Source: Candidatus Aenigmatarchaeota archaeon
GTDB lineage: Archaea; Aenigmatarchaeota; Aenigmatarchaeia; Aenigmatarchaeales; Aenigmatarchaeaceae
NCBI GenBank assembly: GCA_043814985.1
Contig: JBDRJK010000014.1
Location: 45,108-109,107 of the forward strand
DNA: 64,000 bases
Reading direction: 5' to 3'
Shown here: positions 39,824-49,370 of the stretch, in pieces
How positions within the stretch are numbered: position 1 is the stretch's first letter
How the letters are laid out: every line of letters starts with the position of its first letter
Notes under the pieces: generated by a model
The model's database searches: none
Told to the model about the DNA's origin: nothing
The model's input: only the letters and a program-made list of their open reading frames with translations
Translations under genes and position numbers: made by a program

Positions 39824-42094
39824 ATGGTTATAATAATTATTTGTGAAAAACCTGATGCGGCAATGAGGATGTCTAGAGCATTGGCAGAGAAGGACCTGAA
39901 GAAGAAGACGAGCAAGTACGGCGTTGACTACTACGAATTCATGAGGAACGGCAAGAAGCACATTGTTGTTGCAGCTGTTGGCCACCTCTTCAACCTAAAA
40001 CAAAACGGCAAGGGTTGGGACTATCCTGTTTTTGACGCTGACTGGGTGCCTTCTTTCAAGGCCATCAAAACATCAGCCTTCTCGGAGAAATACTTCAGGA
40101 CAATAGAGCAAATAGCAAATGAAAACAAGAACAGCAAACTAATCAGTGCGGCTGACTATGACAACGAAGGGTCTGTGATAGCCGCAAACATAATCAAGTT
40201 TATTTTCAATCAGGACGACGCCAAGCGTATGAAGTTCTCCACCCTAACCAAGCCTGACCTGATAAAGTCCTACGATGAGATGATGCCACATTTAGATACA
40301 GGAAATATCGAGTCGGGAGTTGCAAGGCACTATCTTGATTATTTCTACGGAGTATCAACAACAAGAGCATTGACACTTGCTGTCAAGAAGAACTCAAAAA
40401 GATTCTCAATAGTTTCAACTGGCAGAGTCCAGGGACCTGTGCTGACAATGCTTGCCAACAAGGAGCTTGAGATAAACAGGTTCAAGCCAAAGCCCTACTG
40501 GCAATTACAAATGATTTTGCTAATTAATGGAAACGAGGTTATTGCCCTTTATGAAAAGGAGAAGATGTGGGACGAGAAAGAGGCTACAAAAATATTCAAG
40601 GCGGTAAAGGGAAAGGCAGCTGTTGTCGATGATGTCAACAAGAGAGAATACAAGCAAGCACCACCAAAGCCTTTCAACATAACCTCCTTGCAAACAGAAG
40701 CTTACAGACTGTTCGGCTATTCACCGCAAATGACCTTGGGAATAGCGCAGAAGCTCTACACAAGCGCTTTCATTTCTTATCCGAGAACATCATCAGAGAA
40801 GTTGCTGCCTCAGATTGGTTATAAGGAAATCTTGAAGGCCTTGTCAAACATCAAGAAGTACAAGAAATTGTGCGATGAACTTTTGAAGGAAAAGGATTTG
40901 ACGCCAACCGAGGGCAAGAGAACAGATCCAGCCCACGAGGCAATACACCCGACAGTCGAGCCGCCCAAGTCAGTAGCAAGACTGAGGGCATCGTCCCAAA
41001 GGATTTACGATTTGATATGCAGGAGATACCTTACCTGCTTTGGCAAGCCTGCGACAAGGGAGAGCATGAAAGTCACTATCAAAGTTAATGGTAATAAATT
41101 CATAACAACTGGAAGAAGGACACTTGAAAAAGGCTGGATGCAGTACTACGGACCTTATGCGAAGTTCGACGAGATTGTTCTGCCTGACTTGAAGAAAGGC
41201 GACAAGCTGAAGATTAAAACATTAGATATGTTGAGCAAGGAGACATCACCACCCCCAAGGTTTTCCCAGGCAGCCATGATCAAGGAAATGGAAAAAAGAG
41301 GCTTGGGAACAAGGGCTACCAGGGCAGCCATCATGCAGACTTTGTACAACAGGAGCTATGTCATGGGTAAGAGCATTAAGGTCACTACACTGGGATTAAA
41401 GGTTGCAATGAACCTGAAGAAGTATGTTCCTGATTTTGTTGACGAGAAGCTCACAAGAAGGTTTGAGAAGGACCTGGAAAAAATAATGCAGGAAAAAGTG
41501 AAGAAGGAGAAGATACTGAGCAAGGCCAAGAAGGTTGTTACAAAGATATGCGACGAGTTCAGGAAGAACGAGGACGAGATTGGTAAGGGACTTGGCGAAG
41601 CCATTATAGAGACGCAGAACAAAAAGGCAACACTTGGTCCATGCCCCAACTGTGACGGGACCTTGAAGATAATGTTCAGCCCGTTTTCCAAGAAAATGTT
41701 TGTGGGATGCACCAGCTATTCAAGGTGCAAGAAGTGCGGCTTCACTAAAAAGGCCTGCAAGTGCAAGTGTCCCATTTGCAAAGGTCAGAAAGGGAAATGT
41801 AAATGTAGCTGGAAGGAGAAAGTATGGATGCCATCATGCCAGACAGGCTTCCCGTTGCCGCATAATGCTTCCTTCACGAGTCTGGAGAAGCTCTGCGACA
41901 AGTGCAACACGCCAATTATCAGGGTCATGAGAAAGGGCAAGAGGCCCTTCAAGATGTGTCTTGATCCCAATTGTGTAACAAAGGCTGATTGGGGCAAGAA
42001 AAAAGAGAAGAAAGGCAAGACAACTAAGGCAGTGAAGAAAGCAATCAAGAAGACTGTTAAGAAAAAGGCTTCTAAGAATCCCAAAAAGAAGTGA
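39824..42094 (+). CDS. topA: Type IA DNA topoisomerase
   Basis: CEKP, AVGHL, DYDNEG, GRVQ, ISYPRT, AHEAIHPT, LGTRATR, C-terminal Zn ribbons. Confidence 0.95.
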   Translation: MVIIIICEKPDAAMRMSRALAEKDLKKKTSKYGVDYYEFMRNGKKHIVVAAVGHLFNLKQNGKGWDYPVFDADWVPSFKAIKTSAFSEKYFRTIEQIANENKNSKLISAADYDNEGSVIAANIIKFIFNQDDAKRMKFSTLTKPDLIKSYDEMMPHLDTGNIESGVARHYLDYFYGVSTTRALTLAVKKNSKRFSIVSTGRVQGPVLTMLANKELEINRFKPKPYWQLQMILLINGNEVIALYEKEKMWDEKEATKIFKAVKGKAAVVDDVNKREYKQAPPKPFNITSLQTEAYRLFGYSPQMTLGIAQKLYTSAFISYPRTSSEKLLPQIGYKEILKALSNIKKYKKLCDELLKEKDLTPTEGKRTDPAHEAIHPTVEPPKSVARLRASSQRIYDLICRRYLTCFGKPATRESMKVTIKVNGNKFITTGRRTLEKGWMQYYGPYAKFDEIVLPDLKKGDKLKIKTLDMLSKETSPPPRFSQAAMIKEMEKRGLGTRATRAAIMQTLYNRSYVMGKSIKVTTLGLKVAMNLKKYVPDFVDEKLTRRFEKDLEKIMQEKVKKEKILSKAKKVVTKICDEFRKNEDEIGKGLGEAIIETQNKKATLGPCPNCDGTLKIMFSPFSKKMFVGCTSYSRCKKCGFTKKACKCKCPICKGQKGKCKCSWKEKVWMPSCQTGFPLPHNASFTSLEKLCDKCNTPIIRVMRKGKRPFKMCLDPNCVTKADWGKKKEKKGKTTKAVKKAIKKTVKKKASKNPKKK

Positions 42095-42133
42095 GCTTAA
42101 ATCGTTTTTTGTTCTTAGTAATTAGGGGGTATT

Positions 42134-42910
42134 ATGAGAAGATACATGACAAAAGAAGATGTTGTTGAAAAAACAAATGAAAATGTAGACTTATTTTTCT
42201 TTGATCTTAATAATTCAACTGTCAAAAGAAATAGAGTTAGAAACTTTCATTCCTTCAAGGAGTTTTTCAAAAATACTACAAGACCTCCTATCTACAAAAA
42301 TTTGAAGATGGGAAAGATATACTTTTCAGAAAATTTGAAGGACTGGAGAAGTGATGATAAGATTGGCAGTTTCATGCCAGCGGCATGCCATGTTTTTCTT
42401 TTTGATGTGACAAAAGAAGATTTCTACGAGGCAGGAACAGATTATTGTAAGAATAATGAGATTCCTTACATCAAGAGATTTCAAAATAATGTTAGAAATC
42501 TCAACATAGAGACCATCTTGATAACTAGACATGTCTTTCCAGAGCCATATGTGAAGTATTTTGAATTTGGTGACAAGGTTTCAAATTATACTAAATTTGA
42601 CAGCAAAGGCAGGTTCAAGCGCTTCGATATTCCCATCAGGACTGGGGAAGACAAGCTAAAGGCTGCAAAGCTAAAAGTCAGGGAAAAGAACCTGACGCTT
42701 GATAGATGTGCTGCTATGGTTGACGGAATCAATGACATTCCATTGGTTGAGGCGTTGACTGAGGAAGGTGGTTTAACTTTGGCAAGCCCGCTTGCAAAAC
42801 CAGAACTGGCAAAAAAAGTAGACTATCATATAAAGAGTTTTGAAGATCTTGGTGTTCTGGCAAGGATGCTGGAAAAAGAAATGCCACAATTTAAACCTTT
42901 GAGTATCTAG
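42134..42910 (+). CDS. HAD-superfamily-like protein
   Basis: FFFDLNNS motif I-like, VDGINDIPL motif IV-like. Confidence 0.55.
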   Translation: MRRYMTKEDVVEKTNENVDLFFFDLNNSTVKRNRVRNFHSFKEFFKNTTRPPIYKNLKMGKIYFSENLKDWRSDDKIGSFMPAACHVFLFDVTKEDFYEAGTDYCKNNEIPYIKRFQNNVRNLNIETILITRHVFPEPYVKYFEFGDKVSNYTKFDSKGRFKRFDIPIRTGEDKLKAAKLKVREKNLTLDRCAAMVDGINDIPLVEALTEEGGLTLASPLAKPELAKKVDYHIKSFEDLGVLARMLEKEMPQFKPLSI

Positions 42911-43179
42911 CCACTTCCTAATCCAATCACAAAGCTGTACACACCTTTTATAATAAGAATCACCCACAGCCATGGAAGGCTGAAATTGAATACCAGCATC
43001 AGGCCTGCTATCATGTCAATGACACCCAATACAAGGAACATCTTTGAAGAAATGCCCCCTAAAGCAGAGGTCAATCCCTTGAACAATAAGATTATCCCCA
43101 GATAAAACCCTAGGAAATTGGGAAACAGTAAGCTTATGCCTGCAAGTATGTCTATCAGGCCAACAATAGCTAAGAGCAT
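42907..43179 (-). CDS. Small membrane protein with internal two-fold repeat
   Basis: GLIDILAG...KGLTS / GVIDMIAG...KGVYS. Confidence 0.7.
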   Translation of the reverse strand: MLLAIVGLIDILAGISLLFPNFLGFYLGIILLFKGLTSALGGISSKMFLVLGVIDMIAGLMLVFNFSLPWLWVILIIKGVYSFVIGLGSG

Positions 43180-43241
43180 AATAACAATTCTAACATAGAA
43201 TTTAAATCCTTTTATAATTCATAATAGAATGAAGTGATAAC

Positions 43242-44084
43242 ATGGATTTTGCATGTCTAGAATTGAGGAATCCCACAACGAACGCTCCTGGAGTTAATTC
43301 TTCAACACCTGATTTATTGAAGAGCTGGGAGGATGCTGGAATAGGAGCAGTTGTAACAAAACCCATTGGAATGGTAGCAAGGACTGGCAATCCTAATCCG
43401 ACTCTGATAAATCCCTATCCTGGAGTCTACATTAATTGCATGGGCCTTCCAGGGCCAGGTTACAAGTATTTTCTAAATGAATTAAGTGAATATAATTTTG
43501 AAGTACCTGTTATAATTCAGATACACGGCAAAGACGAGAAAGAATTCAACCATCTGATAAGCTATGCGCATGATTACGGGGATGGTTTCGAGGTGAATGT
43601 TTCCTGTCCCCATGCAAAGTTAGGAGGTTTTCACATAGGCTTTGACTCATATGTCTTGAGAAGGGTTTTGAAGGAGTCAAGGAAAGCAACTGACAAGCCA
43701 ATTGGTGTCAAACTTCCCTATTATTCTTCTGACGACAGGAAGCTGGAGAAGGTTGTCAGAGTTATAGAAGAGACTGGTATGGATTGGATAACAGAGATTA
43801 ACACACTTAGGGCAATGGACTATGATCCAATAGTTGGAAAACCTCGATTATCGAATACATTTGGTGGGCAGTCTGGAAAATCAATTCATTTCTGCGCTTT
43901 GGCTCAGGTCAAAAAAACAAGAGAGCTTACATATTTGCCTATAGCTGGTAGTGGTGGTGTTGAGAATTCCTATGATGCTAAGAGATTCTTTGGTGTGGGT
44001 GCGAATGTCGTCCAGCTTGGTACTGGTTTGGAAATCTATAAGAATGTGGAAGAGTTTGTTAAAGCAGTATTAAAAGATTTGTAA
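43242..44084 (+). CDS. pyrD: Dihydroorotate dehydrogenase (family 1)
   Basis: VTK, GNPNP, NCMGL, EVNVSCPH, INT, GGQSG, GSGG. Confidence 0.9.
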   Translation: MDFACLELRNPTTNAPGVNSSTPDLLKSWEDAGIGAVVTKPIGMVARTGNPNPTLINPYPGVYINCMGLPGPGYKYFLNELSEYNFEVPVIIQIHGKDEKEFNHLISYAHDYGDGFEVNVSCPHAKLGGFHIGFDSYVLRRVLKESRKATDKPIGVKLPYYSSDDRKLEKVVRVIEETGMDWITEINTLRAMDYDPIVGKPRLSNTFGGQSGKSIHFCALAQVKKTRELTYLPIAGSGGVENSYDAKRFFGVGANVVQLGTGLEIYKNVEEFVKAVLKDL

Positions 44085-44142
44085 ATCATTCGTAATGCCA
44101 GTTACGTATAAATATTTTCTTTGTTTAATAAGAAATGATAAA

Positions 44143-44910
44143 ATGGGATTCTCCAGTCTAAACCATGGAATTATTCCAGCGCTTGATGTGAACACCCTTG
44201 AAGAGGCCACAAGAATTATTATTGAAGTGGATGATGTAAAGGGTATTGTAGGCTATAAAGCAGGAAAAATATTACAGACCAATTATATTCTAAAAGATGT
44301 TCTTGATGCGACTAGCAGGGCTACAAATAAACCAGTAATACTGGACCCACAGAAAGAGGGAAATGATGTAGAATTTACAGAACCAAACTTTATAGCCAAT
44401 TACGCCAATGCAGGGGTAAAGACAATGATAATGTTTCCATTTTCTAGTCCTAGAGTACAAGCAACATGTGTCAAAGCATGCCGTAATAATAACGTATTGC
44501 CTATCGGAGGTTTTAGGTTAACACAAAAAGGGTTTGATGAAACAAATGAAGTGGAGATGGGAGACATTGATCCCGTTTTTGAAGGTATGAAATTCAGAGG
44601 TTATATTTCTAGTGATGCAGAGAAAAGGGCTTTACAAGTTTATGCTTTAATGGGTGTAGAACATTACATAGGGCCTGGAAACAAAATAGATGAGTTAACA
44701 AATATGAAAAATATGCTTAAAGATTATGGAGCCAATCCGAGCTTCTTAATGCCTGGGATAGGAAGGCAAGGAGGAGATATTTATTCTGCTTTCAAGGCTG
44801 TTGAAGATTGTCCTGGAGCATACGGCATAGTAGGCTCTGGTATACACAAAGCCAAAGATAAAGTCGAAGCAGCAGAAAAACTCTGTGAAGAAGCCTTGAA
44901 GTTCGAGTGA
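44143..44910 (+). CDS. pyrF: Orotidine 5'-phosphate decarboxylase (divergent)
   Basis: PALD, YKAG, DPQKEGND, MPGIGRQGG, IVGS; between pyrD and pyrE. Confidence 0.8.
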   Translation: MGFSSLNHGIIPALDVNTLEEATRIIIEVDDVKGIVGYKAGKILQTNYILKDVLDATSRATNKPVILDPQKEGNDVEFTEPNFIANYANAGVKTMIMFPFSSPRVQATCVKACRNNNVLPIGGFRLTQKGFDETNEVEMGDIDPVFEGMKFRGYISSDAEKRALQVYALMGVEHYIGPGNKIDELTNMKNMLKDYGANPSFLMPGIGRQGGDIYSAFKAVEDCPGAYGIVGSGIHKAKDKVEAAEKLCEEALKFE

Positions 44911-44916
44911 TTTTAT

Positions 44917-45603
44917 ATGGAATTAACCAAATCTAAAATGAAACTGCTTGAGGCGGCAATACCATCTGGAACACTAAAGTTTGGTGAGTTCAAGTTGAAA
45001 TCTGGTAGAATATCCCCTTACTTCTGGAATGCTGCTGCGATGAGTGATGGAAATTCTTGCTCTCTTGAAGGCATAGCTTACGCGACAAAATTAACCGAGA
45101 TAGGAACTGATAAGTTTGATGTGGTGTTTGGTCCCGCGTACAAAGCCATACCAATTTCTGTCTCAACAGCAATCTCCCTGAAAAGAGACTATGATATAAA
45201 TAAGATGTTTGCATACGACAGGAAACTACCCAAGGACCATGGTGACCCTATGGACAGGCTAATCAATGGCAGGCTTGATACAGGTGACAGGATAATGATT
45301 CTTGATGATGTTATAACAACCGGGAAGACAAAGAAAGATGAAATTAAACTGTTGGATGATCTTAACAAGGAACTGGAAGTTGTTGGAATTTTAATTGGTT
45401 TGAACAGGAAGGAAACAGACAAGGAAGGCAACGATCCTGTTAAGGTTTTGCAAGATGAGGTAGGCGTTCCAGTTTATAGTATTTTGAATTCTGTGGACAT
45501 ATTTGAATTGTTGCACAACAAAGAAATTCTAGGTAATGTTTGGGTAGACGATGAGAAATATAATCAATTTCAAGAATACAAAGCAAAATACGGCGTAAAC
45601 TAA
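44917..45603 (+). CDS. pyrE: Orotate phosphoribosyltransferase
   Basis: FKLKSGRISPYF, FGPAYK, RK..KDHG, DDVITTG. Confidence 0.93.
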   Translation: MELTKSKMKLLEAAIPSGTLKFGEFKLKSGRISPYFWNAAAMSDGNSCSLEGIAYATKLTEIGTDKFDVVFGPAYKAIPISVSTAISLKRDYDINKMFAYDRKLPKDHGDPMDRLINGRLDTGDRIMILDDVITTGKTKKDEIKLLDDLNKELEVVGILIGLNRKETDKEGNDPVKVLQDEVGVPVYSILNSVDIFELLHNKEILGNVWVDDEKYNQFQEYKAKYGVN

Positions 45604-45669
45604 TTTAAGAAACACTTTCTTTATTTAAGATTTTCAGTCTAAACTGATATCTTTAAATAGTTTTTATGT

Positions 45670-46026
45670 ATGTATATACTAACTATGAAAATAGAGATAC
45701 ACAAAAAAGACGAGAAGACAGCGATCCTGATAAGCTTTGACACGGTCAGGGAAAAGTTCGAATCGCCTTCAGAACGAAACAGATTCTACTGGGAGTTACA
45801 TGGAAGGAAGCAGGTTGTAATAAAGAAATCTAAAAGGTACAAATATCATAGAGAAGGACTTCTAGAGGAAATACCTAATATCAAGGTCTCTGACTCTGTT
45901 TTCATAATTGCTATGGAGCACATGAAGAGGATGATGAATTTTTTTGACGAGTGGGATGACAAGGTTGAACTGAAGACATTCCCAGTATTGCTTGATAAAG
46001 AAGAGATGAGAGAGGTTGAAGAATGA
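45670..46026 (+). CDS. Hypothetical protein, possibly Cas2/VapD-like ferredoxin fold
   Basis: ISFD...RNRFY..L...SVFII pattern; overlaps next gene. Confidence 0.55.
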   Translation: MYILTMKIEIHKKDEKTAILISFDTVREKFESPSERNRFYWELHGRKQVVIKKSKRYKYHREGLLEEIPNIKVSDSVFIIAMEHMKRMMNFFDEWDDKVELKTFPVLLDKEEMREVEE

Positions 46027-46457
46027 AAGTTGTGAGAGCTGGAGCCGGCATAATTGTTTTAAAGGATGGAAAAGTCCTATTGGGAAAGAGGAACGATGAT
46101 CCTGAAAAGGCTGATACGGAATTGCACACTGAAGGCATGTGGACCTGCCCAGGAGGCAAGATAGACTTTGGTGAAAAGGCAATTGATGCAGCCAAGAGAG
46201 AACTCATGGAGGAGACAGGAATAAGGGGAAATGACCTGAAGGTAGTGGCTGTCACAGACCACATTGTCCCTGACGCGCATTTTGTCACATTAGGTTTCCT
46301 ATGCAAGGAATTCGAAGGCGAACCAAAAGTGATGGAGCCTGAAGAGATAACAGAATGGAGATGGTTCCCCATAAACAAACTACCAGAACCCATCAATTAT
46401 GCGAGCTTAAAGGTAATAGATAATTATTTGAAAGGTAAAATCTATAATGGTGATTAA
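46023..46457 (+). CDS. NUDIX hydrolase
   Basis: GGKIDFGEKAIDAAKRELMEETG Nudix box. Confidence 0.93.
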   Translation: MKVVRAGAGIIVLKDGKVLLGKRNDDPEKADTELHTEGMWTCPGGKIDFGEKAIDAAKRELMEETGIRGNDLKVVAVTDHIVPDAHFVTLGFLCKEFEGEPKVMEPEEITEWRWFPINKLPEPINYASLKVIDNYLKGKIYNGD

Positions 46458-48722
46458 ATGGCTGACGAAGTAAAATTAAAGGTTGGAGAATTAACAGGAA
46501 GGGAAGACTTCGGTAGAGGCATTGCAAGACTTGACGGCAACATGATGAAAAAGATAGGGGCAAAGGAAGGCGACATTCTTGAGATCGAGGGCAAGAGGAA
46601 GACAGGCGTTGTTGCAATCAGGAGCTATCCAGCAGACGTAGGGATGAACATATTAAGGGTCGATGGTCTGGTAAGAAAGAACTGCGATGCTTCAATAGGA
46701 GAATCTGTAAAAGTTAGAAAGTCAAATGCCAAGGAAGCAAAGAAAGTCACATTGGCACCTGCACAGAAAGGATTCATGCTTCACATCTCACCAAACCTGC
46801 TAAGGCAGAACCTGTTCATGAGGCCCATGTCAAAGGGAGACATAATAACCACGTCACCTGTTTTCAAGACCAAGACAAGGAACAGCGACATGTTCTCACA
46901 ACTCTTAGGAATAAACATAGAGGAAGTCTTCATGCCAATGGGAACTGAGATGAAACTGGTTGTTGTAAGTACCAGTCCAAACGAGATAACCCAGATAACT
47001 GACATGACCGAGGTCGAGTTAAAGCCAGAGGCTGTCGAGGTCGAGGAGACAAAGCTCCCTTCTGTCACATACGAGGACATAGGAGGCTTGGGGGAGATAG
47101 TTCCCAAGATAAGGGAAATGATTGAAGTTCCATTGAGAAGGCCTGAAGTGTTTGAGAGGTTGGGAATCGAGCCGCCCAAGGGAGTTCTGTTGCACGGACC
47201 GCCTGGTACCGGAAAAACTCTGATAGCAAAGGCAGTTGCCAATGAATCAGGTGCGCATTTCGTATCATTGGCAGGACCCGAGATATTCTCGAAATGGTAC
47301 GGCCAGACAGAGCAGAACCTGAGAAAGGTCTTTGACGATGCTGAGAAGAATGCTCCTGCAATTATTTTTATTGACGAGATTGATGCAATTGCTCCTAAGA
47401 GAGAGCAGGTAACAGGAGAGGTTGAGAGGAGAACTGTTTCACAATTGCTAACATTGATGGATGGTTTGAAATCAAGGGGAAAAGTAGTTGTTATAGCTGC
47501 AACCAACCGTGTCAATGCATTGGATCCTGCCTTGAGAAGGTCAGGAAGGTTTGACAGGGAGATAGAGGTTCCTGTTCCAGACAAGAAGGGAAGAAAGGAG
47601 ATACTGCAGATACACAGTCGTTACATGCCAATGGAAAAGGATGTTGACCTTGATAAACTGGCAGAAGTTACCTATGGTTATGTAGGTGCAGACATTGCTG
47701 GTTTGGCTAGGGAGGCTGCAATGCATGCCTTGAGAAGGGTCATACCTACCATTTCTTCTTTGAAGGAGGACGAGCCAATACCAAAGGAGATTCTGGAAAA
47801 ACTAAAAATCAAGAAAGAGGACTTTGATTATGCTTTGAGAATGGTTCAGCCATCCGCAATGAGGGAAGTCATGATTGAGATTCCGAAAGTCAAGTGGGAG
47901 GAGGTCGGCGGCTTGGATGATGTCAAGCAAGCTTTGAAGGAGGCTGTGCAGTTGCCTTTGGAGAATCCTCAGTGTTTCAAGACATTGGGAATAAAGCCTC
48001 CAAGAGGAGTCCTTCTATATGGTCCACCTGGGTGCGGCAAGACTTATGTTGTGAAAGCACTGGCAAACGAGGCTGGAGTTAATTTTGTTTCAGTCAAGGG
48101 GCCTGAACTTTTGTCAAAATGGGTAGGGGAGTCAGAGCAGCATGTCAGGGACGTATTCAGGAGGGCAAAGCAGGTTGCGCCGTCAATAGTTCTGTTTGAT
48201 GAGATAGATTCCCTAGCTCCCAGAAGAGGGACAAGTAGTGGTTCAAAAGTCATGGAGCAGGTCGTATCACAATTATTAACGGAAATGTCTGGAATAGAAG
48301 ACATGGAAGGGGTTTCTGTTATAGCAACGACCAACAGGCCGGACATTATGGATCCTGCATTATTGAGGCCTGGAAGATTTGACAGGTTAATCTATGTCCC
48401 AGCTCCTGACGAGAAGACAAGACTGGAGATATTCAAGATACACACCAAGAACATGCCTTTGAAAGGTGTCAAGCTGGATAAGATGGCCAAGCTGACAGAG
48501 GGATACTCTGGTGCAGACATCGAGGCATTGGCAAGGGAGGCAGCCATGTTCGCTCTAAGGGAGAGCCAGAAGGCAAAGGAAGTAACAATGAAGCACTTTG
48601 AAGAGGCATTGAAGAAGATAAAGCCTTCAATAACAGATGAGATTTTCAAGCAGTATCAGAAGGCTGTTGATAACCTCAGGAAAACAGAGATAAAGGGAGA
48701 CAACGCAAGGTACATTGGGTGA
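46458..48722 (+). CDS. cdc48: CDC48/VCP AAA+ ATPase
   Basis: N-domain plus two AAA modules (GPPGTGKT, GPPGCGKT, DEID, GRFDR). Confidence 0.96.
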   Translation: MADEVKLKVGELTGREDFGRGIARLDGNMMKKIGAKEGDILEIEGKRKTGVVAIRSYPADVGMNILRVDGLVRKNCDASIGESVKVRKSNAKEAKKVTLAPAQKGFMLHISPNLLRQNLFMRPMSKGDIITTSPVFKTKTRNSDMFSQLLGINIEEVFMPMGTEMKLVVVSTSPNEITQITDMTEVELKPEAVEVEETKLPSVTYEDIGGLGEIVPKIREMIEVPLRRPEVFERLGIEPPKGVLLHGPPGTGKTLIAKAVANESGAHFVSLAGPEIFSKWYGQTEQNLRKVFDDAEKNAPAIIFIDEIDAIAPKREQVTGEVERRTVSQLLTLMDGLKSRGKVVVIAATNRVNALDPALRRSGRFDREIEVPVPDKKGRKEILQIHSRYMPMEKDVDLDKLAEVTYGYVGADIAGLAREAAMHALRRVIPTISSLKEDEPIPKEILEKLKIKKEDFDYALRMVQPSAMREVMIEIPKVKWEEVGGLDDVKQALKEAVQLPLENPQCFKTLGIKPPRGVLLYGPPGCGKTYVVKALANEAGVNFVSVKGPELLSKWVGESEQHVRDVFRRAKQVAPSIVLFDEIDSLAPRRGTSSGSKVMEQVVSQLLTEMSGIEDMEGVSVIATTNRPDIMDPALLRPGRFDRLIYVPAPDEKTRLEIFKIHTKNMPLKGVKLDKMAKLTEGYSGADIEALAREAAMFALRESQKAKEVTMKHFEEALKKIKPSITDEIFKQYQKAVDNLRKTEIKGDNARYIG

Positions 48723-48726
48723 TTTA

Positions 48727-49065
48727 ATGGAGAAAAAGAAGAGAGTTGATGTAAAAATAGACCACGGCGATCAGGCGTTCTTTACAGACAATGTCACGGT
48801 CCTGCACAGTCCGAGCAAGTTCATAATAGACTTTTCCCAGACAGTGCCGAGGATTGACAACATCGACGGCAAGATGAGGCAGACCTTCACGATAAAGCAC
48901 AACACAGTGCTTCTTGACCCGCCTTTTGCAAAGTCTTTGTTGGACGTATTAAAAAAGAACGTCAAGACCTTTGAGAAGAAGTTCGGGGACATAAAGCTCG
49001 CCAAGAAAATACCTACAGAGAAAAAGCCTATAGAAGCTGAGAGCACTACAAGATATATTGGTTAG
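48727..49065 (+). CDS. DUF3467-like protein
   Basis: FFTDNV.V.HS..KFIIDF.Q...P..AK.L...L..NV..FEKKFG.I pattern; GGGTGA SD overlaps cdc48 stop. Confidence 0.75.
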   Translation: MEKKKRVDVKIDHGDQAFFTDNVTVLHSPSKFIIDFSQTVPRIDNIDGKMRQTFTIKHNTVLLDPPFAKSLLDVLKKNVKTFEKKFGDIKLAKKIPTEKKPIEAESTTRYIG

Positions 49066-49280
49066 ACCCTTTTTCTGGCCAGTTCAATATCTTCCCTTTT
49101 AACAGTCTTTCTTCCAGCATGCTTTGCGAACTTTACCGCATCTTTGGCTATCTCGAAGGTAAAGTCCTTGACCACATCTGCCAAGGCTCTGGCAGCTGGT
49201 TCTGAGACCCTTTCTGCTCCTGCCTGCCTTAGAATATCAGCCATGGGGGCAGATGCTATAATTGACCTCTTTCTGGGCAT
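49062..49280 (-). CDS. Archaeal histone (HMf family)
   Basis: AGAERVS...AKHAGRKTVKREDI histone-fold signature. Confidence 0.93.
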   Translation of the reverse strand: MPRKRSIIASAPMADILRQAGAERVSEPAARALADVVKDFTFEIAKDAVKFAKHAGRKTVKREDIELARKRV

Positions 49281-49370
49281 ACATGATTAATGAGTAGAGA
49301 AATATTTATAAGTATGCATATAATTAATAAATTTAAATAGCTTTTCACTAAACAATTAAATGCTGATGAT

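Noticed and set aside
44095..44142. Extended pyrF N-terminus from ORF track
   Set aside because: Overlaps a TATA box and palindrome; ATG 44143 fits better
46781..47584. 267-aa antisense ORF (and similar shadow ORFs throughout)
   Set aside because: Lies opposite well-supported genes; no motifs
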